From positions 25,893 through 89,892 of the forward strand of contig CAZVYS010000001.1 of assembly GCA_964630755.1 (NCBI GenBank): DNA of 64,000 nt, read 5' to 3'. Below the pieces are notes generated by a model. That model was not told the origin of the DNA, did not search any database, and was given only the letters and a program-made list of their open reading frames with translations. Position numbers and translations under genes: made by a program. The stretch is from an uncultured Pseudomonadales bacterium (GTDB taxonomy: Bacteria > Patescibacteriota > Microgenomatia > UBA1400 > CG1-02-47-37). Shown here piece by piece: positions 16,863 to 24,021 of this stretch (position 1 is the stretch's first letter; each line of letters opens with the position of its first letter).

Positions 16863-18768
16863 GATCGATAAAATCCTGATAGTTCATTTTAATAGATTTT
16901 TCGTGTAGGCCAGCGTTAAATACTATTTTTTTATTTTTCCCGAGTTTTTTATCGACAAAAACCGATACATCGAATAAATTCCCAAATGGTGGAACTGAGC
17001 CAATCTTTAAACCAGTAAGGTTAGTAACTTCAGTTTCTGTGGCCATTCTTAAATCTTTGACGTTAAAGGCTTTTTTAAAGGCTTTTGAATCTACTTTAGT
17101 GGCAGCGGATAAGACTAGCATGATTGGTTTTTTGTCGGCCATCATAACAAGAGCTTTAGCGCCTTGTTTGATCTTGGTTCCTCGAACTTTTGCAGCTTCA
17201 AGGCTTGTAAAAACTGGCTGGTGCTCAAAAGTTTTGTATTTAAGTTGATGCTTATCAAGTAAATTTATGATTTTTTGGTTAACTTCAAGGCCCTTGGGGC
17301 TTAACTTCTGGCCAATGGTTTTAATATGTAGTTCAATTAACTGCTCAGTATCTGGTAGACTAGGGGCATCAACCACAGCTGTTTGACCGGAAGAAATGGC
17401 CGGAAAAGCCATGACTTCGCGGATGCTTTTTTCACCTAAAATAACCATTAAAAAGCGGTCAAGCCCTGGAGCAATACCACCATGGGGTGGAACACCGTGC
17501 TTGAAAGCGGTTAGCATGTGCTCGAATTTTTGTTTTTGTTTTTGGGTAAAACCAATTAATTCAAAGACTTTTTCTTGAACTTTTGGATCATGGATCCTAA
17601 TGGAACCACCACCGACTTCATAACCATTTAAGACCAGGTCATGCTGAAGGCCACGAACTTTTAATGGATTTGTTTTTAGTAATTTTAGGTCATCTTGATG
17701 AGGAGAAGTAAACATGTGATGACTTGGAGCAAATTCAGCTTTACCTGATCCATGGAAAAAATCTTCCTCTGATTGTTTGTTAAATAAAGGAAAGTCAATA
17801 ATCCAAGCAAAAGCTAGCTCGTCTTTATCTTTTTTGTTTTTCCGAAGATCAGGTTTATCTGAACCATATTTGGCTTGCGCTTCAGCATGAGAAATTCTTG
17901 GCCAAGGAGATTTTGAGATCTTTTTTTCTGGAAAGATTTCTTTAATTAATTTAGTAAATAAATCCTCTGTTAATTTTAAGATGTCGTCTTGAGTTACAAA
18001 AGACATTTCTAGATCAAGCTGAGTAAACTCACCATAAGCTCGATCTGCTCGCGGGTCTTCGTCACGGAAGCATCTTGCAATCTGAAAATATCTTTCAAAG
18101 CCAGCTACCATCAGTAATTGTTTGTACTGTTGTGGACTTTGGGGTAAAGCGTAAAAATTACCGGGTTGTAAGCGTGATGGAACTAAAAAATCTCGAGCTC
18201 CTTCTGGAGTAGTTTTGGTAAGAATTGGAGTTTCGATTTCAACAAAATCTTTGTTAGTTAAAAAATCTCGGATAAATTTAAATACCTTGGATCGAATTTT
18301 CATGTTTTGGTTCATTCTAGGTCTTCGAAGATCAAGATAACGGTATTTTTGTCGGATTTTTTCTTCTATGTTCAAACCATCAGTGTCTATAGGTAGTGGC
18401 ATTTCTTTTGATTTGGTTAAAACTTTAATTTTTTCAGCCTTGATTTCGACTGTGCCAGTTTTAAGTTTAGGGTTAGTGTAACCTTTGCCTCTTTTAACTA
18501 CCTTGCCTTGAACTTCGACAACATACTCTGGTTTTAGCTCGATTTTTAGATTTTCAACAACTACTTGGATTAGACCAGATCGATCGCGAAGATCAAAAAA
18601 GACAATCTTGCCATGTCCCCTAATAGAATTAACCCAACCCTTGAGGGTGACTGACTTGTTATTTTGGGTGGCGGTTTCAAGGGCGAGTGTTCTTTTCATG
18701 TATTTGATTGTATCGGTAAATCTAAGGGTTGACAAGAATAGATAGTTTGATAAGATAACTAGATGCAA
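16828..18768 (-). CDS. aspS: aspartyl-tRNA synthetase (no GAD insertion) fused to a C-terminal YbaK/ProX-like aminoacyl-tRNA trans-editing domain
   Basis: OB-fold N-terminus; class II motif 2 FRDEDPRADRAYGEFTQLD; motif 3 GGIAPGLDRFLMV; AspRS-specific QSPQQYKQLLMV. The last approximately 160 aa (KTFEHQPVFTSLEAAKVRG...LVLSAATKVDSKAF...LRMATETEVTNLTGLKIGSVPPFG...) match the tRNA_edit (YbaK) fold. The track start is TTG; the likelier start is the ATG at 18699 (MKRTLALE). Confidence 0.8.
   Translation of the reverse strand: MHLVILSNYLFLSTLRFTDTIKYMKRTLALETATQNNKSVTLKGWVNSIRGHGKIVFFDLRDRSGLIQVVVENLKIELKPEYVVEVQGKVVKRGKGYTNPKLKTGTVEIKAEKIKVLTKSKEMPLPIDTDGLNIEEKIRQKYRYLDLRRPRMNQNMKIRSKVFKFIRDFLTNKDFVEIETPILTKTTPEGARDFLVPSRLQPGNFYALPQSPQQYKQLLMVAGFERYFQIARCFRDEDPRADRAYGEFTQLDLEMSFVTQDDILKLTEDLFTKLIKEIFPEKKISKSPWPRISHAEAQAKYGSDKPDLRKNKKDKDELAFAWIIDFPLFNKQSEEDFFHGSGKAEFAPSHHMFTSPHQDDLKLLKTNPLKVRGLQHDLVLNGYEVGGGSIRIHDPKVQEKVFELIGFTQKQKQKFEHMLTAFKHGVPPHGGIAPGLDRFLMVILGEKSIREVMAFPAISSGQTAVVDAPSLPDTEQLIELHIKTIGQKLSPKGLEVNQKIINLLDKHQLKYKTFEHQPVFTSLEAAKVRGTKIKQGAKALVMMADKKPIMLVLSAATKVDSKAFKKAFNVKDLRMATETEVTNLTGLKIGSVPPFGNLFDVSVFVDKKLGKNKKIVFNAGLHEKSIKMNYQDFIDLVNPKLGEFVN
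18706..18757. promoter_or_regulatory. overlapping divergent sigma70-like promoters sharing one -35 hexamer
   Basis: + strand: TTGACA (18729-18734), 16-nt spacer, TAAGAT (18751-18756). - strand: TTGTCA (reverse complement of 18730-18735), 17-nt spacer, TACAAT (reverse complement of 18706-18711), then 6 nt to the aspS ATG (18699), so aspS may be leaderless. Confidence 0.35.
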
Positions 18769-18887
18769 AAAAACATTTTATTTAACCGCCTTATTATTAC
18801 GGACCGAATTGAGTCTATCCTTTTTGGAATTCTCAGCAACTTAGGTCGGGAGGCAGTTAAGTAAAGTTTTAATAAATAAATTACTAA

Positions 18888-18913
18888 GCACCTCCCACTC
18901 GGGAGGTTTTTTT
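18888..18913 (+). terminator. Rho-independent terminator (CCTCCC-ACTC-GGGAGG followed by T7) directly upstream of the small ORF's ribosome-binding site
   Basis: A 6-bp GC stem plus TTTTTTT. The identical GGGAGG at 18848-18853 could form an alternative antiterminator pairing with CCTCCC. Confidence 0.6.
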
Positions 18914-18939
18914 ATGCACCAAAGGGGGTGAAAGAAAAT

Positions 18940-19128
18940 ATGAAAAATGTAGAATCGAGAACAAAAATTTCTCCATATACGTTTAATGGAGTTGAATTTC
19001 GTGATCCTGGGAATGGCCCTTTAGATCCAGGTGATGGAGGAAGTGACGAGGGCCCAATCTCTCCAGGTGATACAGGTGCACCAGGTGTCGTATATCAAAC
19101 GGAGCGTGCTTCTCAAGCTCGTAATTAA
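18940..19128 (+). CDS. small hypothetical protein (63 aa) with a Gly/Pro/Asp-rich repetitive tail
   Basis: Strong Shine-Dalgarno AAAGGGGGTG 9 nt upstream of the ATG. Internal peptide repeat GPLDPGDGG / GPISPGDTG. The track start is a GTG at 18928. No signal peptide. Confidence 0.35.
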   Translation: MKNVESRTKISPYTFNGVEFRDPGNGPLDPGDGGSDEGPISPGDTGAPGVVYQTERASQARN

Positions 19129-19144
19129 TACTTAAATATATACT

Positions 19145-19171
19145 AGCCTACGAGGAGAGTCCTTGTAGGCT
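19145..19171. repeat. palindromic element copy (AGCCTACGAGGAGAGTCCTTGTAGGCT) abutting the recJ stop codon
   Basis: Inverted repeat with a GGAGAGTCC core; overlaps the TAA of recJ (19171-19173). Confidence 0.6.
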
Positions 19172-20856
19172 TAGGTCATGAGAACTGTTTTGACTTTTAG
19201 TTGGAGGGATTTTTGGTTGTTCCAGACGTTTTTATCGAGAGTGTAGACAAGATCAATTGGTTGATTTTCTGATAAGTCTTTGGCTAGATAGCCGTGGTTA
19301 AAAGCAATGGCATTTACCTTCAAGGAGTCTCCCTGTAGGCTTAATTTAAGATGTTTTTGGTCTTGGCCGACGGTGCGAAAACTAGCTAAAGAGACTTTTT
19401 TAGAAATAAAGACTGGCCGAGGATTGCCAAAACCAAAGGGGCGTAGTTTTTCAAGGTCATCATATAATTCCCAGTTAATGTCAGAAAGATTAAGCTCTAG
19501 GTCAACCTCTAGGATTGGAGTGAGTTGTCTTTCTGTTAGTTGCTTTTCAGCTAAAGCAGTTAATTTTTTCTTCACTTTTTCAAGATTTTGATTTGCAACC
19601 GTAAAGCCAGCAGCCATTGGGTGACCGCCGTGTTCAAGTAAGTCTTTTTCAATAGATCTAATATTTTTAATGGCATTAAAGCCTTTAATCGACCTAATTG
19701 AAGCTTTGGAAGTGTTTTTGCCAAGAGCGACTACAATGCTAGGTCGATGATATTTTTCAGCCAAGCGACTGGCAACTAGACCAACTAAACCTTCATGAAA
19801 AGTTTTGTCTGCTACGAAAATGAGCTTTGGCATTTGATTTTGATTTAGCTTGGAGACTTTGTTGGTAATGTTTTTGGCATGAAAGTACATATCTAGAGTT
19901 TGGGTTTGACGAGTCTGATTGGTAAGGTTCACGGTTTGGGCTAGTTTTTTAGCCTTGTTATTATCGGTGGTGCAAAGTAACCTCAATGAATCTAGGGCAT
20001 GAGATAAACGCCCCATGGCGTTAAGCCGAGGACCAATAACAAAACTGGCCTGATAGGCTTCAAGGTCTTGGAGTTTAAAACCAGCTTCATCAGCTAGAGC
20101 AATTAGACCGGGTCTTTTAGAACTTTGAAGTTTTTTTAAACCAAATTTAGCAATAGAGCGATTTATACCCACTAAAGGCATCATGTCAGCAATAGAACCA
20201 AGGGCAACTAAACTTAAGTGTTGAGGGATATTTTTAAGAAGCTTTGAAATCTGCCAAGCAACGCCAACGCCAGCTAGCTTAGTAGAGTGAACGATGGAGT
20301 GAGCTTTGGGAAGTTTATTACCCTTTGGTTGATGGTGGTCAGAGATAATAACTTCAATGCCTAGTCTATTGGCATAATCCACTCCTTTAAAGGCCGAGAT
20401 ACCGTTGTCAACGGTGATGATAAGATCGGGCTTTTTCTTTTTTAAAGAAATAATCTCGTCAATGCCCTGAGGAGATAAACCGCGGATTTTATCATCTCGG
20501 GGTGGAATATATGGTAAAGCATTAGCTTTTAATTGATAAAGTGTTTCCCACAAAACAGCGGTGGCGGTTACTCCATCAGCGTCAAAATCTCCGTAAATAA
20601 AGATCAGTTCTTTATTTTTAATAGCTTTTTTAATTCTTGTAACTGCTTTTTTGAGTTGAGTTGAATTAATTTCTAAGTCTTTAGGGGAAAAGTTGATTGG
20701 ATTTTCTGGGCTTAAAAATTGGTTTTGGAGTTTTTTGGATATAAGACCTCTGTTAATTAATAAAGCCTGGATGATTTCCTGGCGGCGTTTATTGAGACTT
20801 TTAGTTTTTAGTTTAGATTTTATTTTTATCTTTTTATCCATAAGAGATATAATCAT
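19171..20856 (-). CDS. recJ: single-stranded-DNA-specific exonuclease RecJ
   Basis: DHH family motifs (GDFDADGVT, ...IISDHH) and a DHHA1-like C-terminal region. Carries an in-frame palindromic element near the C-terminus (LSLQGDSLKVNAI). Confidence 0.8.
   Translation of the reverse strand: MIISLMDKKIKIKSKLKTKSLNKRRQEIIQALLINRGLISKKLQNQFLSPENPINFSPKDLEINSTQLKKAVTRIKKAIKNKELIFIYGDFDADGVTATAVLWETLYQLKANALPYIPPRDDKIRGLSPQGIDEIISLKKKKPDLIITVDNGISAFKGVDYANRLGIEVIISDHHQPKGNKLPKAHSIVHSTKLAGVGVAWQISKLLKNIPQHLSLVALGSIADMMPLVGINRSIAKFGLKKLQSSKRPGLIALADEAGFKLQDLEAYQASFVIGPRLNAMGRLSHALDSLRLLCTTDNNKAKKLAQTVNLTNQTRQTQTLDMYFHAKNITNKVSKLNQNQMPKLIFVADKTFHEGLVGLVASRLAEKYHRPSIVVALGKNTSKASIRSIKGFNAIKNIRSIEKDLLEHGGHPMAAGFTVANQNLEKVKKKLTALAEKQLTERQLTPILEVDLELNLSDINWELYDDLEKLRPFGFGNPRPVFISKKVSLASFRTVGQDQKHLKLSLQGDSLKVNAIAFNHGYLAKDLSENQPIDLVYTLDKNVWNNQKSLQLKVKTVLMT
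19316..19341. repeat. palindromic element copy (ACCTTCAAGGAGTCTCCCTGTAGGCT), in-frame in recJ
   Basis: GGAGTCTCC core; encodes LQGDSLKV on the minus strand. Confidence 0.7.
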
Positions 20857-20886
20857 AACAGATAATAATACAAATATTTAAGAAAA

Positions 20887-21615
20887 ATGAATTTACGTCT
20901 GAAAAATTATAAGAAAATTAGAACTCCGTTTGTATTTTTAGATGAAACTGGATCAATAAACTCAAAAGCAGAAAGATTTTTTGGAATTGGAATGATTAAG
21001 TGCATGCAGCCATTTTTTTTAGACTCAAGCATTAGATACATTAGGCAAAAATATAAGCTTTATGATGAAATAAAGTGGAATACTATTTCTAAAGCAAAAA
21101 TGGCTGTTTTAAAAGAAATAATTAAAACTATTTTTGAAACTCCAGGAATTTATTTTTCTTCCTTAATTATTAATAAAGATGATGTTAATTTTGAAATTGA
21201 GTTTAATAATAATCCATATTTAGCATATCAAAAATTTTCAGAAGAGTTGCTAAAAAATAGTATTAGTCAAACAGAAATATTAACGGTTTTAGCTGATTAT
21301 ATTGATACGCCTAAATCAGTTAGGTATGAAGTAATGGTAAAACATCAAGTTAATCAAGCACTAGATCGACTAGCAATCGGGGGCATACATAGAGTAGATT
21401 CAAAAGGGGTAAATTTAATTCAAATAACTGATTTATTTTTAGGAGCCGTAGTGTATAACTATAAAATTGACAATAAATTAGTAACTGGAGACAAGAATAA
21501 AATAAAAATACTACAATATATTCAGTCAGGGTTAAAGATTAAATCTTTAGGTCAATCTATAAACGTAAAAGGGTTTAAAGTATTTGAATACAATAAAAAA
21601 GGGCCATCATCCTAA
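20887..21615 (+). CDS. hypothetical protein, DUF3800-like
   Basis: The N-terminus TPFVFLDETGSINS resembles the DUF3800 (Y)IDESG start. No other motif recognised. Confidence 0.3.
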   Translation: MNLRLKNYKKIRTPFVFLDETGSINSKAERFFGIGMIKCMQPFFLDSSIRYIRQKYKLYDEIKWNTISKAKMAVLKEIIKTIFETPGIYFSSLIINKDDVNFEIEFNNNPYLAYQKFSEELLKNSISQTEILTVLADYIDTPKSVRYEVMVKHQVNQALDRLAIGGIHRVDSKGVNLIQITDLFLGAVVYNYKIDNKLVTGDKNKIKILQYIQSGLKIKSLGQSINVKGFKVFEYNKKGPSS

Positions 21616-21667
21616 CGGTTGACGCCCTATTATTAAATTATATAACAAAAAGCCTGAATGTCAAAAA

Positions 21668-23041
21668 ATGAAAATTAAGCTTCCAGGGCCAGTAAAAAAA
21701 GTAATTAAAGTGGTAGAAAAAGCAGGCTTTGAAATATATATAGTTGGAGGGGCGGTTAGAGATATATTAACTGGTAAAGAAGTTAAAGATTGGGACCTAA
21801 CCACAAATGCAAAGCCTGAAGAGATAACTAAGTTATTTAAAGACTCGTTTTATGATAATGATTTTGGCACAGTGGGGATAGCTGAAAAGCACTTGGGAGG
21901 TAAGGATGAGGGAGTTTTAGAGATTACTACCTTTCGAACTGAATCAAGTTATTCTGACTCTAGACGCCCTGATAAAGTTAAGTGGGGTAAAAGTTTAGAT
22001 GAGGATTTAACTAGACGAGATTTTACTATCAATGCCATGGCAATAAAAATCTCCAGCCTACAAGGATCATCCTTAAAGGTTGAGATAATCGACCCATTTA
22101 AAGGACAAAAGGATTTAGAAAAAAGATTAATTAGGGCGGTTGGTGACCCAGATAAGCGGTTTAAAGAAGATGCTTTAAGAATGATGAGGGCGATTAGAAT
22201 CGCAGCAGAACTTGGTTTTACCATTGAAGCTAAGACCTTAAAAGCGATTAGCACGGATGCTAGATTACTAAAAAAAATTGCCAAAGAAAGGGTTCGAGAT
22301 GAGTTGCTTAAGATTATTGTTTCAAAATTTCCTAAAGATGGAGTGACTTTGTTATATACCAGCGGACTACTACAATTTATTATTCCAGAGTTAATTGAAA
22401 CTCGAGAAGTTGAACAAGCTGGGCATCATACTAAAGATGTATGGAACCATAGTTTAGACGCGATGGCTAACTGTCCTTCGCCTGATCCAATTATTCGCCT
22501 TGCTACCCTACTCCATGATGTTGGCAAACCAAGGTCAAAAAGAAATCGAGGTAAAGGCAAAGAAATTACTTTTTACAATCATGAAGTGATTGGGGCCAGG
22601 ATGGTAAAAGATATTGCCAGGAGACTAAAGATGAGTAAAAAAGAAATAGACTTACTCTGGTTACTGGTGCGCTGGCATATGTTTGCTTATGAACCCAAGA
22701 TGACAGACAAAGCGATTCGAAGATTTATTAAACGAGTCTCGTTAGAAAATATTAATAAAATGATGATGCTTAGGATTGGAGACCGGATTGGCGGGGGTAG
22801 TAAAGCTACTTCCTGGAGATTAAGAGAATTACAACAACGAATTGGTGAAGTGCTTTATACGCCGATGCAGATAAAAGACTTAAAAGTATCTGGTCACGAT
22901 GTAATGAAGATAAAAAAAATTAAAGGTGGGCCAGAGATTGGAAAAATTTTAGAAAAGCTGTTTGATGAAGTAATGGAAGATAGTAGCAAAAACAACAGAA
23001 AGTATCTTTTAAAACGGATTAAAGAAATAAATCCAAAATAA
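21668..23041 (+). CDS. cca: tRNA nucleotidyltransferase (CCA-adding enzyme / poly(A) polymerase family) with an HD domain
   Basis: IVGGAVRDILTG...DWDLTT polymerase-beta head motif; HD domain (LLHDVGK). In-frame palindromic element encoding SSLQGSSLKVEI. Confidence 0.75.
   Translation: MKIKLPGPVKKVIKVVEKAGFEIYIVGGAVRDILTGKEVKDWDLTTNAKPEEITKLFKDSFYDNDFGTVGIAEKHLGGKDEGVLEITTFRTESSYSDSRRPDKVKWGKSLDEDLTRRDFTINAMAIKISSLQGSSLKVEIIDPFKGQKDLEKRLIRAVGDPDKRFKEDALRMMRAIRIAAELGFTIEAKTLKAISTDARLLKKIAKERVRDELLKIIVSKFPKDGVTLLYTSGLLQFIIPELIETREVEQAGHHTKDVWNHSLDAMANCPSPDPIIRLATLLHDVGKPRSKRNRGKGKEITFYNHEVIGARMVKDIARRLKMSKKEIDLLWLLVRWHMFAYEPKMTDKAIRRFIKRVSLENINKMMMLRIGDRIGGGSKATSWRLRELQQRIGEVLYTPMQIKDLKVSGHDVMKIKKIKGGPEIGKILEKLFDEVMEDSSKNNRKYLLKRIKEINPK
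22055..22080. repeat. palindromic element copy (AGCCTACAAGGATCATCCTTAAAGGT), in-frame in cca
   Basis: CCTACAAGG / CCTTAAAGG arms with a GGATCATCC core. Confidence 0.65.
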
Positions 23042-23048
23042 AAAAAGT

Positions 23049-23103
23049 GCCAAGTGAAGAATGGGTTTAAGATTAAAAATCTTAAAAACAAGCTCCACTT
23101 GGC
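23049..23103. terminator. nested hairpin between the convergent cca and secF genes (outer stem GCCAAGTG/CACTTGGC, inner TTTAAGATT/AATCTTAAA)
   Basis: Inverted repeats in the 88-nt convergent intergenic region; plausibly a bidirectional terminator. Confidence 0.3.
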
Positions 23104-23129
23104 TTACTTCTAACTTGGAGAATAATTAT

Positions 23130-24018
23130 CTAGTTATTTCTTTTCTTAGACTTAAACTCTTCCCATAAGACCAGTAAAGGGGCGGCGGTGAAGGTTGAGG
23201 AATAAGTGCCGGAGATAGTACCGATTAGTAAGGCAAAAATAAACCATTTGGTGGTCTCGCCACCTAGTAAGTAAAGCGAGAGTAACATAAAGATAATAGT
23301 TAAGGAATTATTGACTGATCGACCTAGAGTTTCGGTGACGGCCTTGTTAACTAGGTCTGTATAAGGCATCTTAGTATGAAGAGATTGAGATTCTCTGATC
23401 CGATCATAAACTACGATGGTGTCATGAACTGAAAAAGAAAGAATAGTTAAAACAGCGGTTACAAATAAGGCGTCAACTTCAATCCCTTGAGTGGCGCCTA
23501 GAAAACTAAAAACTCCGATTAAGATAAAAGTATCATGAAGCATGGCTAGGATAGCACAAACGCCGTATTTTTTATCTTTGAACCTGAATGTCACATATAA
23601 AAGAATAAAGCCGGCTGCCAAACTAACGCCAATCAAGGTTTTTCTAATTAATTCTTTACCTAGAGTAGGCCCTAAGGTTGAAAAGCTAATCTCCTGAGTA
23701 TCTCCTAAAGAAGTAGTTAGTTCTTGTTGCAAGGTTTTATTTTTGGTTTGATCGAATTCTTGGGCTTTAATAATAAAGGTGTTTTCTCCTGTGCTTTGAA
23801 CGCTATGTAGATCAATTATTTTTTTAGATATGTCTTCAACTTGATCGACTGTGATGTCTTCAACTTGAGTAGGCTTGATGTTTAATTCAAGTAAAGTGCC
23901 ACCAGTAAAGTCTACGGCTGGTTTTAATCCATAATTAACTAGATAAAAGGCGCTCGGAATTAAAAAAAACAAGGAGATTATAAAATAAACTAGTTTGTAT
24001 TTCATGAAGTTAATCATA
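23130..24018 (-). CDS. secF: protein translocase subunit SecF
   Basis: SecF membrane topology and motifs. The likelier start is the ATG at 24018 (MINFMKYKLVY) with AGGA 7 nt upstream. The track ORF (to 24104) reads through the palindromic elements. Confidence 0.8.
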
Positions 24019-24021
24019 TGA

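Noticed and set aside
17296-17312. CAAGGCCCTTGG palindrome inside aspS as another element copy
   Set aside because: Its arm orientation is the reverse (AAGG...CCTT) of the family, and it is short and single. It is more likely a chance palindrome or a half-site.
18700-18768. TTG-initiated N-terminal extension of aspS (MHLVILSNYLF...)
   Set aside because: The start is non-ATG and has no Shine-Dalgarno. A TTGTCA-17-TACAAT promoter lies inside it, and the ATG at 18699 gives a conventional AspRS N-terminus.
18769-18917. Possibility that the plus-strand leader is SRP (4.5S) RNA or 6S RNA
   Set aside because: It lacks the conserved SRP domain IV motif (GGAA tetraloop with the AGCAGC/GUCAGG symmetric loops) and the 6S central-bubble architecture. 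It is left as an unclassified leader or small RNA.
18914-18931. Mini-ORF ATG CAC CAA AGG GGG TGA inside the terminator T-run and Shine-Dalgarno
   Set aside because: It is five codons and overlaps the ribosome-binding site of the following ORF, so it is very unlikely to be a gene. It could at most be a leader peptide.
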